Source: Dictyostelium discoideum
Taxonomy: Eukaryota
NCBI GenBank assembly: GCA_000004695.1
Contig: CM000155.2
Span: 1,504,001 to 1,568,000, forward strand
Length of the DNA: 64,000 bases
Direction: 5' to 3'
In this document: positions 12,248 through 23,936 of the stretch, piece by piece
How positions within the stretch are numbered: position 1 is the stretch's first letter
Layout: each line of letters opens with the position of its first letter
The notes under the pieces: model-generated
The model's database searches: none
What the model saw: the letters and a program-made list of their open reading frames with translations, nothing else
Told to the model about the DNA's origin: nothing
Program-made: the position numbers and the translations under genes

Positions 12248-12856
12248 AATGGAGGAAAGTTAATTGTCCACTCAAACACTTTTAAATGTTCAATTTCAAC
12301 ACTCTCTAGATATAAAAGAGATGGAATTCCTATAATGTGTGAAGCTTTAAGATTTGTAATTCCAACATGGAAACCTGAACCGAATACCATTTATGCAATT
12401 GATTGCACTACTTCTCCAATATGTAGACCCCACCCGGGACAAAGAGAGTTTTATAGGGGAGACCAAGGTTATCACTTTTTAGGTGTTCAATTAATAGTTG
12501 ACATTACCAAATTTTTAATTGTTGATGTAATAATTGGCAAGGGTAGAAATAATGATTCAGGTTTGGCAAATATTTCAGGTACAACAGATTTGGTGTTAAA
12601 AAATAAATTGGTCATTCTTGCAGATAGAGGATACTCTAAAAATAAATTCGTTACTCCCAATAGTCTTGATTTAATAGAAGGTGAACCAACAGAAGAACTT
12701 GTAACCGAATTTAGAGATTTTGTTTCCAAAAATAGATCATGTGTCGAAAATGCAAACCAAAGATTCAAGTCTCTGGATTTATTCAACAAACCTATAAAAT
12801 CTCGTCCAATTTCTCATGCCTATACAACTTTGTTGGGGGTATATTGCAAATATTAA
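12248..12856 (+). CDS. PIF/Harbinger-type DDE transposase (DDE_Tnp_4), exon 2
   Basis: Acceptor …aatttcag at 12247; in frame with exon 1. Catalytic motifs AIDCTTSPICRP (IDGT-like), LADRGYS (DxGY) and RSCVENANQRFKSL (R..VE..f..LK). Stop at 12854-12856. Confidence 0.65.
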   Translation, partial: NGGKLIVHSNTFKCSISTLSRYKRDGIPIMCEALRFVIPTWKPEPNTIYAIDCTTSPICRPHPGQREFYRGDQGYHFLGVQLIVDITKFLIVDVIIGKGRNNDSGLANISGTTDLVLKNKLVILADRGYSKNKFVTPNSLDLIEGEPTEELVTEFRDFVSKNRSCVENANQRFKSLDLFNKPIKSRPISHAYTTLLGVYCKY

Positions 12857-13222
12857 TTTAATATATAATTCTCAAAAACATGTAATATCTAGTTTCGAAG
12901 AAAAAGTGAGACTTATTCATGGGAATTATCTCTAAAAAAAAAAAATAAAATAAAATAAAATAAACACTGCTCCAGTAAAAAACAAATATCTTTTTTATTT
13001 TTCTATTTTTATTTTTATAACTAAAAAAAAAGAAATAACCGACAATTTAGCACAAAATTTTTTTTTTTTTTTTTTTTTTCGCTAAAATAAATTGTGAAAA
13101 AACCTTATTTTAGATATTAATTAATTATTAATAATTAATAATAATATTAATTATTAATTATTAATTATTTCCAAAGCAAAGAAAATACTTTCATTATTTT
13201 AAGTTCTCTCTTTTATTATAAC

Positions 13223-13372
13223 TTTTTTTTTTTTTTTTTACCTGTGATCAGACCTTCAAGGAATGTCCTTGTGTCTTTTCGGCGGTGTTTGTTTTTTTTT
13301 TTTTTTTTTTTTTTTTTTACCTGTGATCAGACCTTCAAGGAATGTCCTTGTGTCTTTTCGGCGGTGTTTGTT
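13223..13372. repeat. two direct copies of a 52-bp unit (acctgtgatcagaccttcaaggaatgtccttgtgtcttttcggcggtgtttg), each preceded by a poly-T run
   Basis: copies at 13240-13291 and 13319-13370; read on the minus strand each copy ends in poly(A), like extreme 3'-end fragments of poly(A) retroelements. Confidence 0.5.
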
Positions 13373-13463
13373 AAACGGTTTTATTTTTATTATTCAATTG
13401 TATTAAATTTTTTAAACTATATTATATCTTTCATTATAACTGAACATATATTAAAATTTATAT

Positions 13464-14745
13464 TTTTTTTTTTTTTTTTTTGATATAAATAAACTATTGT
13501 AGTATACAATTAGTATGTTATTTTTATTTATTTATTTTAGGTTTTTTAGTTTTTGTGAATTTAAAATGGTATGTTATTTTAGATTAGGTAATTAATAATT
13601 AATTGGTGGTGTAATTGTTGGAATTGGTTCATTTGTGTTTATGCTCCATTCTTTTTTAAATTTTTTGATGGTTTCAGACCATTGGGTTTCTTTTTGAGTT
13701 TTTGTGAAGTTGTTTTTAATTGAGTATTGGTTAAAGTTTGATAACGTTCTTGAATATTCCAATCTTATTAGCTTGTGCCATTTTGATTTTAATATATCAT
13801 AATCTAGTGTTGTGTTGTTTATTTGGTTGTTCCAATTATCAATTGATTGAGTTATATTGATGTCAAATAATGATTTGCATAACCATATCCATATTTGGTG
13901 AATAACTAATGAGATTATGTTCCAATATGCATGTGTTCTGACTAGATCAAGATTTGTGTTTATATAATTCCAGTTGAACCTGTATTTTTTATATTGTGCG
14001 TTTTCTGCAAAATGAAAATTAATATTGATAGTTGGATCTGGTTTAAATGCTTTGTTGTTTGTTTGTGGTTTATAAATGAGTGTGTATAATTTTGTTGTTT
14101 GGTTTTTTGTTAGTGACCAGTTTTTGTTTCCATTGCAATTTTTATATATAAAATATTTTAATTTGTCGTGGTTTATGAAGTTGATTGTGTGCTGACAATT
14201 GAAAAACAAATGACCATAGGGATCATTATTCATTTCATTGTTGCAAATGGGGCAAACTTTGTTGTGTAGATGATTAATCGGAAGACATCTAGCATGGAAT
14301 CTTTGCATTGTATCACGGCCTTTTGGATCTTTTAATTTTTGAATTTTGACAAATAGTTGGTCGTATGTGTATTTCCATAATAGTTGTATTGATTGTTGGT
14401 GCGAAGTAAGAAGTAGATCTGAATATTTCTTGCCAATATAGTCTTTTGATTTACATTGGTGATTGTTGAGTATTGTCGAGTAGATTTCTTTGAGTGTTGG
14501 TGGTAGTGGAATATTATTTGTGTTTAATGTTTGAGAGGTTTGATTTTTTATTAATATTGGTTGTAGGATTTGAACTTTATCTTTTAGATGTCCAATTTGA
14601 GTTGCATAGTTTTCCCATTCTTTTTTGATTTTTATAAGGTATGGAGAAGAGATTGATTTGTTGATGATTTGATCCATCCAACTTATCATGTATATTGAAT
14701 TATTTGCAGATTTATGCATTTGTAAAAATCTGTTGTATATCCAAA

Positions 14746-14747
<2 letters not shown>
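13464..14747 (-). mobile_element. 5'-truncated TRE3-like non-LTR retrotransposon fragment (ORF2 C-terminus + 3' UTR + poly(A))
   Basis: ORF 13592-14719 ends with KLKDPKGRDTMQRFHARCLPINHLHNKVCPICNNEMNNDPYGHLFFNC. This is homologous to, but diverged from, the C-terminal zinc-finger region of the ORF2 copies at 14919 and 20225. Poly-T (poly(A) on the minus strand) at 13464-13481. Confidence 0.55.
13592..14719 (-). pseudogene. ORF2 C-terminal fragment of the truncated TRE3-like element
   Basis: homology to the ORF2 C-terminus of the neighbouring elements; no RT core upstream. Confidence 0.5.
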
Positions 14748-14821
<74 letters not shown>

Positions 14822-14918
14822 TGGATTAACAAGATTGATATATGTCCATCTGTGTTAATACGAGTTTTATTTAATATTTATTTAAAGGCTTATCATTTAA
14901 GCTGAAGGGTTATTTTAA

Positions 14919-17900
14919 TCATATGAATTGATCAAAAGATATAATATTTGGGAGAGATGATTCTGGAATACAATAGTAATTAGCTGTAGTTTTTCTTAGC
15001 TTGATCGTTGAAGTGAGAAGGATCTTAGGATCTTTGAAGTTATTATGGTCTTTTGCTGATAAGTTTTTCAGATCTTTTGCTTTTTTGATGTATTCTAGAG
15101 TGGCCAATTTGTGCCATTTCTTTAGAAGGGAGCTGTATGATAGTGATTCATCTGTTAAAGGATCTTCACTGTATATTTGATTGCAAATCCAAATCCAAAT
15201 GTTGTGGAGGATAAGGGCCATTAGGTTTCTATATGCGAATGATCTGGTTAGATCATAGTCTATTGCTTTATAGTTCCATTCAAAGTATTCTTTGTGGAAT
15301 CTGTGGTTGGCGTAATCTGCATTCACTTCTTGATCTTTTTTGGCTGTCGGTGATAATTTTGGAGTTATTCTACTAATGAAATTGTTATTTTGCCTAATTC
15401 TTGTATGGTGCCAGTTTTTACCTTTGCCTGTGGTAATATAGATGAAATTTTTGAGTTTATTTATTTTTATGAATTGTTTTGTTTTCTTGCATGAGAAGAA
15501 CAGGTGACCGTATGGGTCTTTGCTCATATCTTCTTTGCAGAGTGGGCATTGTTTGTTGTGAAGGTAGTTTATTGGAAGGCATCTGGCATGGAATCTAAAC
15601 ATTGTATCTCTTGTTTTAGGGTCTTTTATCTTCAGTATGTTGTTGAAGAGTTGATTATAGCTGTAGCCTCTTAAGTTTAGAGATGATTGGAATTCCGTTT
15701 TAGGGATGGTTGGATTTTGGTCTTGAATTGTGGTATACCATTCTGCCAGTGAAAGTGGTTGTCCATTTTCGTTTTTTATGGATGTGAGATTATTGTTGAA
15801 GATTGCTTTTTTTATTCTTATTTTGTTCCATTCGTCTAAGTTTTCTTTTAGGTATCTGGATGTGAATTTGTTTTTTTGGATCTGATATTCCCAGCTTTTG
15901 TGATGAGATGAGTTTGTTTGTTTGGTTTCTAGTGCTAGGATGAACTGGTTTATGATCCAAAGTTTCTGCGCCAGTTGTCTCAATTCTATATTCCAAATGT
16001 TCCAGCCCCCTACTTTTAGTGGGTATCTTGCTCTTTTGGTTCTCATTAAATTAATAACTTGAAATCCACTAGCATTTTTGTTGTTTGGTGCCGATAAAAA
16101 CCATTCGACTAGTTTATTGATTTGGTTTAATTCCTCTTCCTTAAAGTTCTCTACATATGAATAGTAGGTTAATTTAGAGAGTGCGAATGCTTTGAGGATG
16201 TTGGTTTTGGTTTTGATTGTTGAGTCAGTGGTTTTCCATAGTACTAAGGATGATCTTATTGTGTTTAATATTTCTGGCATTTTTCTTGTTATCCCTTTGC
16301 CTGTGAAGAAGTATCCCAAGTATCTTTCTGGATTTGTAGATATTGGAATTCTTTGGTTGGTATTGTCTGGGTTGCCTATAAGAATTGATGAAGATTTGTC
16401 GATGTTTAGTTTTGAGGAAGTGGCTTTGCAAAATGAATTGAAGTGTTGTAGTACTAATTCAAGTTGTTGAGAGTCTGGGACCATTGAAGCCGAGTCGTCT
16501 GCAAAGCTTTGGAATTTCTCTCTGTGGTTGCTGTTGTTTAGAGGAAGGCCAGTAATTCGGTCATCTTGTAAAATTTTTCTAGCTAAAGCCTCTATTACAA
16601 GGACGAACAGGGTGGGTGATAGTGGATCTCCTTGTTTAACTCCTCTTTTGATCTCAAAGGGTATAGTAGTTCTACCATTAATTTCAATTCTTGCTTCAGA
16701 TTTGGTGAGTAGATTCATTATCAGGTTGATTATATTGGTTGGAATGTTGATGTGTTGTAGTGATCTAAGTATTGAACCGTGTGAGATCGAGTCAAAAGCT
16801 TTTTCGAAATCATATAGTGTAATTATTCCGTTAATTCTTTTATCATTACAATAGTTGATTAATTCGTTCATTGATATGATATTATCTAGAATGAATCTGC
16901 CTGGTACGAAACCTTTTTGATTGTGGTTGATCACTTTCGTTAGTATTGGGATTATTCTATTGTTTATTAGCTTTGAGTGGATTTTATATATACAATTAGC
17001 CAGTGTAATTGGTCTTCTGTTTTTGATTAGTTCGGGGTCTCCCTTTTTAGGTATCGTGATAATGAGGCCTTCTTTGTAATTTTTGCTAATTAGATGAGGA
17101 TTTCTTAGAGTGTCGTTGAATGCTGAGGCCAGTATTGGAGCTAGTTTTTCTTTGTGTGTTATGTAGAATAAGTTTGGAATTCCATCTGGACCTGGAGATT
17201 TGTGTGGGTTCAGTTGTTTTATTACTTCTAGGATCTCTTGTGAGGTGAATTCATTTTCAAGGTTGTCCCATGTTGAGTCCCTGGTCACTGTCCAATTTTC
17301 CAACATTTCGTAATGAGATGGTGGGTCATCTTCTTTGTAGTCATAAAGATTTGAGTAATATTTTACGTATTCTTCTTCGATCAATTCCTGTTTGTTAATT
17401 GTTCTACCTTGTGCATCTTTTACTGCGTTGATGGTGAAATCATTGTGTCTTTTCTTGATTCTCGCGGAGATGTACTTGAGTGAGGTTTCTTCGCAATAGT
17501 TGTTCAATTCTTGTTTAAGTTGTTCTTCTCTTTTTTTAGATTCATTTATTGCTGAAAGGGTTGCGAAGGCTTGGTCTTTAAATTCTGTCTCTAGTAGGGA
17601 GATTAGATTTTTGATGTTTGCCTTATTGTTGTAGTCGTTTTGTTTTTGAAATTCGGTGTATAGTTGTTTTATTTTGTTCAGTAAGCTGTTGAGTTGAGAG
17701 AAGGAAATAGAGTTATGGTTGGCTGACAGCTCCCTTGAATAATCGTTAAGTAGGAAGTCTATTTTCTTAAGCATTATGCTTGAGAGGATTGAGGATTTTT
17801 TTAATCTCCATCTGCGCTTGTTCATCTGTATGTTGGGTAGAGTGAAAGTGGTTGATAGGAAGTTGTGATCTGATAGAGGTATGTCGTTAATTTTTGGGGG

Positions 17901-18623
17901 GATTAGGTTCCTTAGGTATAATTGGCTGTAGTTGATTAAGCTATTGTTAAGGTATATTCAGTCTAGTCTCCTTTCCAAGATTCTTGTGAGGTTATTGTTT
18001 GTGTTGTGTATCGTTCTTGAGAAGGTGGGTCTTTTATTTAGTTGGTCCATATCCATTAGGTTATTTGAAATTCTGATGGCTTCGATTACTGTGGCCATCT
18101 CATCTGGGGATTGTGTTGTCAAGTTGCCTTGGTCATCATTTGATGTGTGATTGTCATTGAAGTCTAAACAGTTGAAGTCTCCTGCTATGATGTCGATGTT
18201 TTTATTAGGGTTAGACGTTAGGTTGTGGTATTGGTTGTTGAAGTGTTTGTTTAGTGTTGAAGCTAGTGTTTTTCTTTTATCAGGTTGGGCCGGGGCGTAT
18301 ATGGCCAAGATTCTCGTTGTGGTATCTTTTATTAGAATGTCTGATATTATTAGTCTACCTTCTATTATGAATATTGGTGAGAGTTTTATGTTTTGGTTGT
18401 TGTGGTTTAGTATTCCTATTCCGTTGCCTCTGTTGGTTGCGCTAATGATGGAGCCAGGGAATAGCTGGTGTGCTTGTGTTGCGTCGGCGTTGAGTTCATT
18501 GACTATGGTTAGTGCCAATGAGTTTGGGGGGGATTGGGATTTGATAAAGTCTGTTTTGTTTTTGAAGGAGGTGTCAGTGCCCCAACCTCTGACATTCCAT
18601 TGGTTGATTTTGATTACTACCAT
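14919..18623 (-). pseudogene. TRE3-like ORF2 (APE + RT + zinc finger), copy A, interrupted
   Basis: The APE ORF 17958-18623 and the RT ORF 14919-17825 are separated by a stop or frameshift in 17826-17957. Confidence 0.55.
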
Positions 18624-19882
18624 TATGAGATGATATCGATCTCCTCTTGGGAGTCGTATAGCTGCGGTTTGGATGGTGAAGGGTAGATACTCTCTATGAA
18701 GCTCTCAATGATTCCTTTACTTTCTTTTTTGACAGGTGTCTTAGGGGTGGATGGGATGTAAGGGTTGCTTCTATTTATTGTTGGTGAGAGTTGGGTGACT
18801 TCATTGTTTGAGTGGATTTCCTCGTTCTTGCGTTTATGTGATGGAGGGATGTTTAGTGTCTTCTCTCTGTTTTCCGAGGATGAATGGATGTTATTGCTCG
18901 TTTTGTTGGCATTGTCTTTTTGGATGGCGTTGGATGTTGTGGTAGTGGTTGTGGTGGGTTTGACAGATTGAGATTCTGCTGGGTTTTTGGGGGGAAGAGG
19001 TTGAGATGACTTTTTTGCTTGGGCTTTTTTCTCTTGGGGGTGATTGTTTTTCAGACTGATTGTTTGCTGGGGGTTGTTTGTTTGTTGTTGTGGTTTTGGT
19101 TGAGAGGATTTGATTGCTATCCTGTTTTGGATGTTGGGAGGATCATCTGTCATCTCATCTTCTAATGGTTCTTCCGTGTTGTTTGACTTCTCTACTTTCT
19201 TGTTTTTCTTTGNTGAGGAGTAGGTTTTGGTGGCCGTTCTGATGGTAAAGTTTGCGATTTCTGTAATGTGTTGGCCAGATTTCATTTGATCGCCTATTTT
19301 GCATTCTATTAGACCGAATACTATGAGGTGGTCGGTGGAGTATATAGTATTGTATATTGCATAGGGTATTTCTTCTGCAAAGGCAGTTTTGATGAGGGCG
19401 TCCACTATTCCTGCCTTTTCTCTGGGAATTCTTACTCTTCCTGTGAGGACGTGGAAGTCTCTACTGGAGGTGATGAAGGTTCCCAATTTGCTTCTATCTC
19501 TAATGATATTTAGGAGAGATTGTTCGTTTTTAATCATCAGGTGGATCATTTTTCTAGTTCCTTTGCCTATGTATATCTTGTCGAATGGGATATCGTAGTT
19601 TGAGAGTGTTTTTCTCATTTCTTCTAACCCCTTGAGATCCATTTTGGGGAATTCGAGTGTAATTGGGTAGAATCCGTTGTTCTTCTCATAGGTTGAGAGC
19701 GCAGTCATGTTCAATATGGTCTCGCAGTATTTGGAGATGTCTTTGAGGCCTATTGATAGTTTGGGGTAGGTCTCCTTTATCTCTGCTGTTTTTGTGGAGA
19801 ATTCCTTAATGAAGTTCTCCGATGCCTCGTCCATATGGGTGGAGGGGTTGGCCATTTTAGCCGCGTCTGCGTAGGAATTCAT
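18623..19882 (-). CDS. TRE3-like ORF1 (419 aa), copy A
   Basis: ORF with a basic/Q/T-rich C-terminal half. Contains one ambiguous base (n at 19212, giving X in the translation). Stop TAA overlaps the ORF2 ATG (TAATG) at 18621-18625. Confidence 0.6.
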   Translation of the reverse strand: MNSYADAAKMANPSTHMDEASENFIKEFSTKTAEIKETYPKLSIGLKDISKYCETILNMTALSTYEKNNGFYPITLEFPKMDLKGLEEMRKTLSNYDIPFDKIYIGKGTRKMIHLMIKNEQSLLNIIRDRSKLGTFITSSRDFHVLTGRVRIPREKAGIVDALIKTAFAEEIPYAIYNTIYSTDHLIVFGLIECKIGDQMKSGQHITEIANFTIRTATKTYSSXKKNKKVEKSNNTEEPLEDEMTDDPPNIQNRIAIKSSQPKPQQQTNNPQQTISLKNNHPQEKKAQAKKSSQPLPPKNPAESQSVKPTTTTTTTSNAIQKDNANKTSNNIHSSSENREKTLNIPPSHKRKNEEIHSNNEVTQLSPTINRSNPYIPSTPKTPVKKESKGIIESFIESIYPSPSKPQLYDSQEEIDIIS

Positions 19883-20082
19883 CTCGATGGGATTCCTTTG
19901 AATCGGCGATTTGGTATGTTAGATCTGTAGATCGTGGTGGATTGGTGATTTTTTTTGAAAGATTGGTTAAAATTGACCGAGATTAAAGATAGAAAAGGAT
20001 GAATTACTTTTCACGTGTATCTTGTATCCTCTTGATCGCGGTACGGTTTTTTTTTCCAAATCTTTTGAGCAACTTGTCGTAG

Positions 20083-20127
<45 letters not shown>

Positions 20128-20224
20128 TGGATTAACAAGATTGATATATGTCCATCTGTGTTAATACGAGTTTTATTTAATATTTATTTAAAGGCTTATC
20201 ATTTAAGCTGAAGGGTTATTTTAA

Positions 20225-23200
20225 TCATATGAATTGATCAAAAGATATAATATTTGGGAGAGATGATTCTGGAATACAATAGTAATTAGCTGTTGTTTTT
20301 CTTAGCTTGATCGTTGAAGTGAGAAGGATCTTAGGATCTTTGAAGTTATTATGGTCTTTTGCTGATAAGTTTTTCAGATCTTTTGCTTTTTTGATGTATT
20401 CTAGAGTGGCCAATTTGTGCCATTTCTTTAGAAGGGAGCTGTATGATAGTGATTCATCTGTTAAAGGATCTTCACTGTATATTTGATTGCAAATCCAAAT
20501 CCAAATGTTGTGGAGGATAAGGGCCATTAGGTTTCTATATGCGAATGATCTGGTTAGATCATAGTCTATTGCTTTATAGTTCCATTCAAAGTATTCTTTG
20601 TGGAATCTGTGGTTGGCGTAATCTGCATTCACTTCTTGATCTTTTTTGGCTGTCGGTGATAATTTTGGAGTTATTCTATTAATGAAATTGTTATTTTGCC
20701 TAATTCTTGTATGGTGCCAGTTTTTACCTTTGCCTGTGGTAATATAGATGAAATTTTTGAGTTTATTTATTTTTATGAATTGTTTTGTTTTCTTGCATGA
20801 GAAGAACAGGTGACCGTATGGGTCTTTGCTCATATCTTCTTTGCAGAGTGGGCATTGTTTGTTGTGAAGGTAGTTTATTGGAAGGCATCTGGCATGGAAT
20901 CTAAACATTGTGTCTCTTGTTTTAGGGTCTTTTATCTTCAGTATGTTGTTGAAGAGTTGATTATAGCTGTAGCCTCTTAAGTTTAGAGATGATTGGAATT
21001 CCGTTTTAGGGATGGTTGGATTTTGGTCTTGAATTGTGGTATACCATTCTGCCAGTGAAAGTGGTTGTCCATTTTCGTTTTTTATGGATGTGAGATTATT
21101 GTTGAAGATTGCTTTTTTTATTCTTATTTTGTTCCATTCATCTAAGTTTTCTTTTAGGTATCTGGATGTGAATTTGTTTTTTTGGATCTGATATTCCCAG
21201 CTTTTGTGATGAGATGAGTTTGTTTGTTTGGTTTCTAGTGCTAGGATGAACTGGTTTATGATCCAAAGTTTCTGCGCCAGTTGTCTCAATTCTATATTCC
21301 AAATGTTCCAGCCCCCTACTTTTAGTGGGTATCTTGCTCTTTTGGTTCTCATTAAATTAATAACTTGAAATCCACTAGCATTTTTGTTGTTTGGTGCCGA
21401 TAAAAACCATTCGACTAATTTATTGATTTGGTTTAATTCCTCTTCCTTAAAGTTCTCTACATATGAATAGTAGGTTAATTTAGAGAGTGCGAATGCTTTG
21501 AGGATGTTGGTTTTGGTTTTGATTGTTGAGTCAGTGGTTTTCCATAGTACTAAGGATGATCTTATTGTGTTTAATATTTCTGGTATTTTTCTTGTTATCC
21601 CTTTGCCTGTGAAGAAGTATCCCAAGTATCTTTCTGGATTTGTAGATATTGGTATTCTTTGGTTGGTATTGTCTGGGTTGCCTATAAGAATTGATGAAGA
21701 TTTGTCGATGTTTAGTTTTGAGGAAGTGGCTTTGCAAAATGAATTGAAGTGTTGTAGTACTAATTCAAGTTGTTGAGAGTCTGGGACCATTGAAGCCGAG
21801 TCGTCTGCAAAGCTTTGGAATTTCTCTCTGTGGTCGCTGTTGTTTAGAGGAAGGCCAGTAATTCGGTCATCTTGTAAAATTTTTCTAGCTAAAGCCTCTA
21901 TTACAAGGACGAACAGGGTGGGTGATAGTGGATCTCCTTGTTTGACTCCTCTTTTGATCTCAAAGGGTATAGTAGTTCTACCATTAATTTCAATTCTTGC
22001 TTCAGATTTGGTGAGTAGATTCATTATCAGGTTGATTATATTGGTTGGAATGTTGATGTGTTGTAGTGATCTGAGTATTGAACCGTGTGAAATCGAGTCA
22101 AAAGCTTTTTCGAAATCATATAGTGTAATTATTCCGTTAATTCTTTTATCATTACAATAGTTGATTAATTCGTTCATTGATATGATATTATCTATAATGA
22201 ATCTGCCTGGTACGAAACCTTTTTGATTGTGGTTGATCACTTTCGTTAGTATTGGGATTATTCTATTGTTTATTAGTTTTGAGTGGATTTTATATATACA
22301 GTTAGCCAGTGTAATTGGTCTTCTGTTTTTGATTAGTTCGGGGTCTCCCTTTTTAGGTATCGTGATAATGAGGCCTTCTTTGTAATTTTTGCTAATTAGA
22401 TGAGGATTTCTTAGAGTGTCGTTGAATGCTGAGGCCAGTATTGGAGCTAGTTTTTCTTTGTGTGTTATGTAGAATAAGTTTGGAATTCCATCTGGGCCTG
22501 GAGATTTGTGTGGGTTCAATTGTTTTATTACTTCTAGGATCTCTTGTGTTGTGAATTCATTTTCAAGGTTGTCCCATGTTGAGTCCCTGGTCACTGTCCA
22601 ATTTTCCAACATTTCATAATGAGATGGTGCGTCATCTTCTTTGTAGTCATAAAGATTTGAGTAATATTTTACGTATTCTTCTTCGATCAATTCCTGTTTG
22701 TTGATTGTTCTACCTTGTGCATCTTTTACTGCGTTGATGGTGAAATCATTGTGTCTTTTCTTGATTCTCGCGGAGATGTACTTGAGTGAAGTTCTTCGCA
22801 ATAGTGTTCATGTTCAATTCTTGTTTAAGTTGTTCTTCTCTTTTTTTAGATTCATTTATTGCTGAAAGGGTTGCGAAGGCTTGGTCTTTAAATTCTGTCT
22901 CTAGTAGGGAGATTAGATTTTTGATGTTTGCCTTATTGTTGTAGTCATTTTGTTTTTGAAATTCTGTGTATAGTTGTTTTATTTTGTTTAGTAAGCTGTT
23001 GAGTTGAGAGAAGGAAATAGAGTTATGGTTGGATGACAGCTCCCTTGAATAATCGTTAAGTAGGAAGTCTATTTTCTTAAGCATTATGCTTGAGAGGATT
23101 GAGGATTTTTTTAATCTCCATCTGCGCTTGTTCATCTGTATGTTGGGTAGAGTGAAGGTGGTTGATAGGAAGTTGTGATCTGATAGAGGTATGTCATTAA

Positions 23201-23828
23201 TTTTTGGGGGGATTAGGTTCCTTAAGTATAATTGGCTGTAGTTGATTATGCTATTGTTAAGGTATATTCTGTCTAGTCTCCTTTCCAAGATTCTTGTGAG
23301 GTTATTGTTTGTGTTGTGTATCGTTCTTGAGAAGGTGGGTCTTTTATTTAGTTGGTCCATATCCATTAGGTTATTTGAAATTCTGATGGCTTCGATTACT
23401 GTGGCCATCTCATCTGGGGATTGTGTTGTCAAGTTGCCTTGGTCATCATTTGATGTGTGATTGTCATTGAAGTCTAAACAATTGAAGTCGCCTGCTATGA
23501 TGTCGATGTTTTTTTTAGGGTTAGACGTTAGGTTGTGGTATTGGTTGTTGAAGTGTTTGTTTAGTGTTGAAGCTAGTATTTTTCTTTTATCAGGTTGGGC
23601 CGGGGCGTATATGGCCAAGATTCTCGTTGTGGTATCTTTTATTAGAATGTCTGATATTATTAGTCTACCTTCTATTATGAATATTGGTGAGAGTTTTATG
23701 TTTTGGTTGTTGTGGTTTAGTATTCCTATTCCGTTGCCTCTGTTGGTTGCGCTAATGATGGAGCCAGGAAATAGCTGGTGTGCTTGTGTTGCGTCGGCGT
23801 TGAGTTCATTGACTATGGTTAGTGCCAA
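20225..23828 (-). pseudogene. TRE3-like ORF2, copy B, frameshifted
   Basis: The APE ORF 22746-23828 and the RT ORF 20225-22801 overlap out of frame. A 5-bp insertion (tcgat, about 23924-23928) near the ORF1/ORF2 junction is absent from copy A. Confidence 0.55.
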
Positions 23829-23936
23829 TGAGTTTGGGGGGGATTGGGATTTGATAAAGTCTGTTTTGTTTTTGAAGGAGGTGTCAGTGCCCCAACCTCT
23901 GACATTCCATTGGTTGATTTTGATCGATTACTACCA

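Larger units (their letters stand above)
14748..20088 (-). mobile_element. TRE3-like non-LTR (poly(A)) retrotransposon, full-length copy A (about 5.3 kb)
   Basis: 3' poly(A) seen as a 69-nt poly-T at 14748-14816. Carries ORF1, then ORF2 with APE endonuclease, RT (FADD motif) and a C-terminal CCHC-like zinc finger. The 5' end …gtagttgtat directly abuts the poly(A) of copy B. Same strand as, and downstream of, the tRNA-Ala gene. Confidence 0.7.

Noticed and set aside
13120-13175. AT-only palindrome ttaattaattattaataattaataataatattaattattaattatt
   Set aside because: Simple (TTAA/TAAT)n low-complexity sequence, common in this genome. No flanking structure suggesting an element.
16192-16854. Plus-strand ORFs inside the TRE3-like elements (16192-16470, 16528-16854, 18151-18633, and their copy-B duplicates)
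   Set aside because: They are antisense to the conserved RT/APE coding sequence and are duplicated only because the element is duplicated. No independent support.
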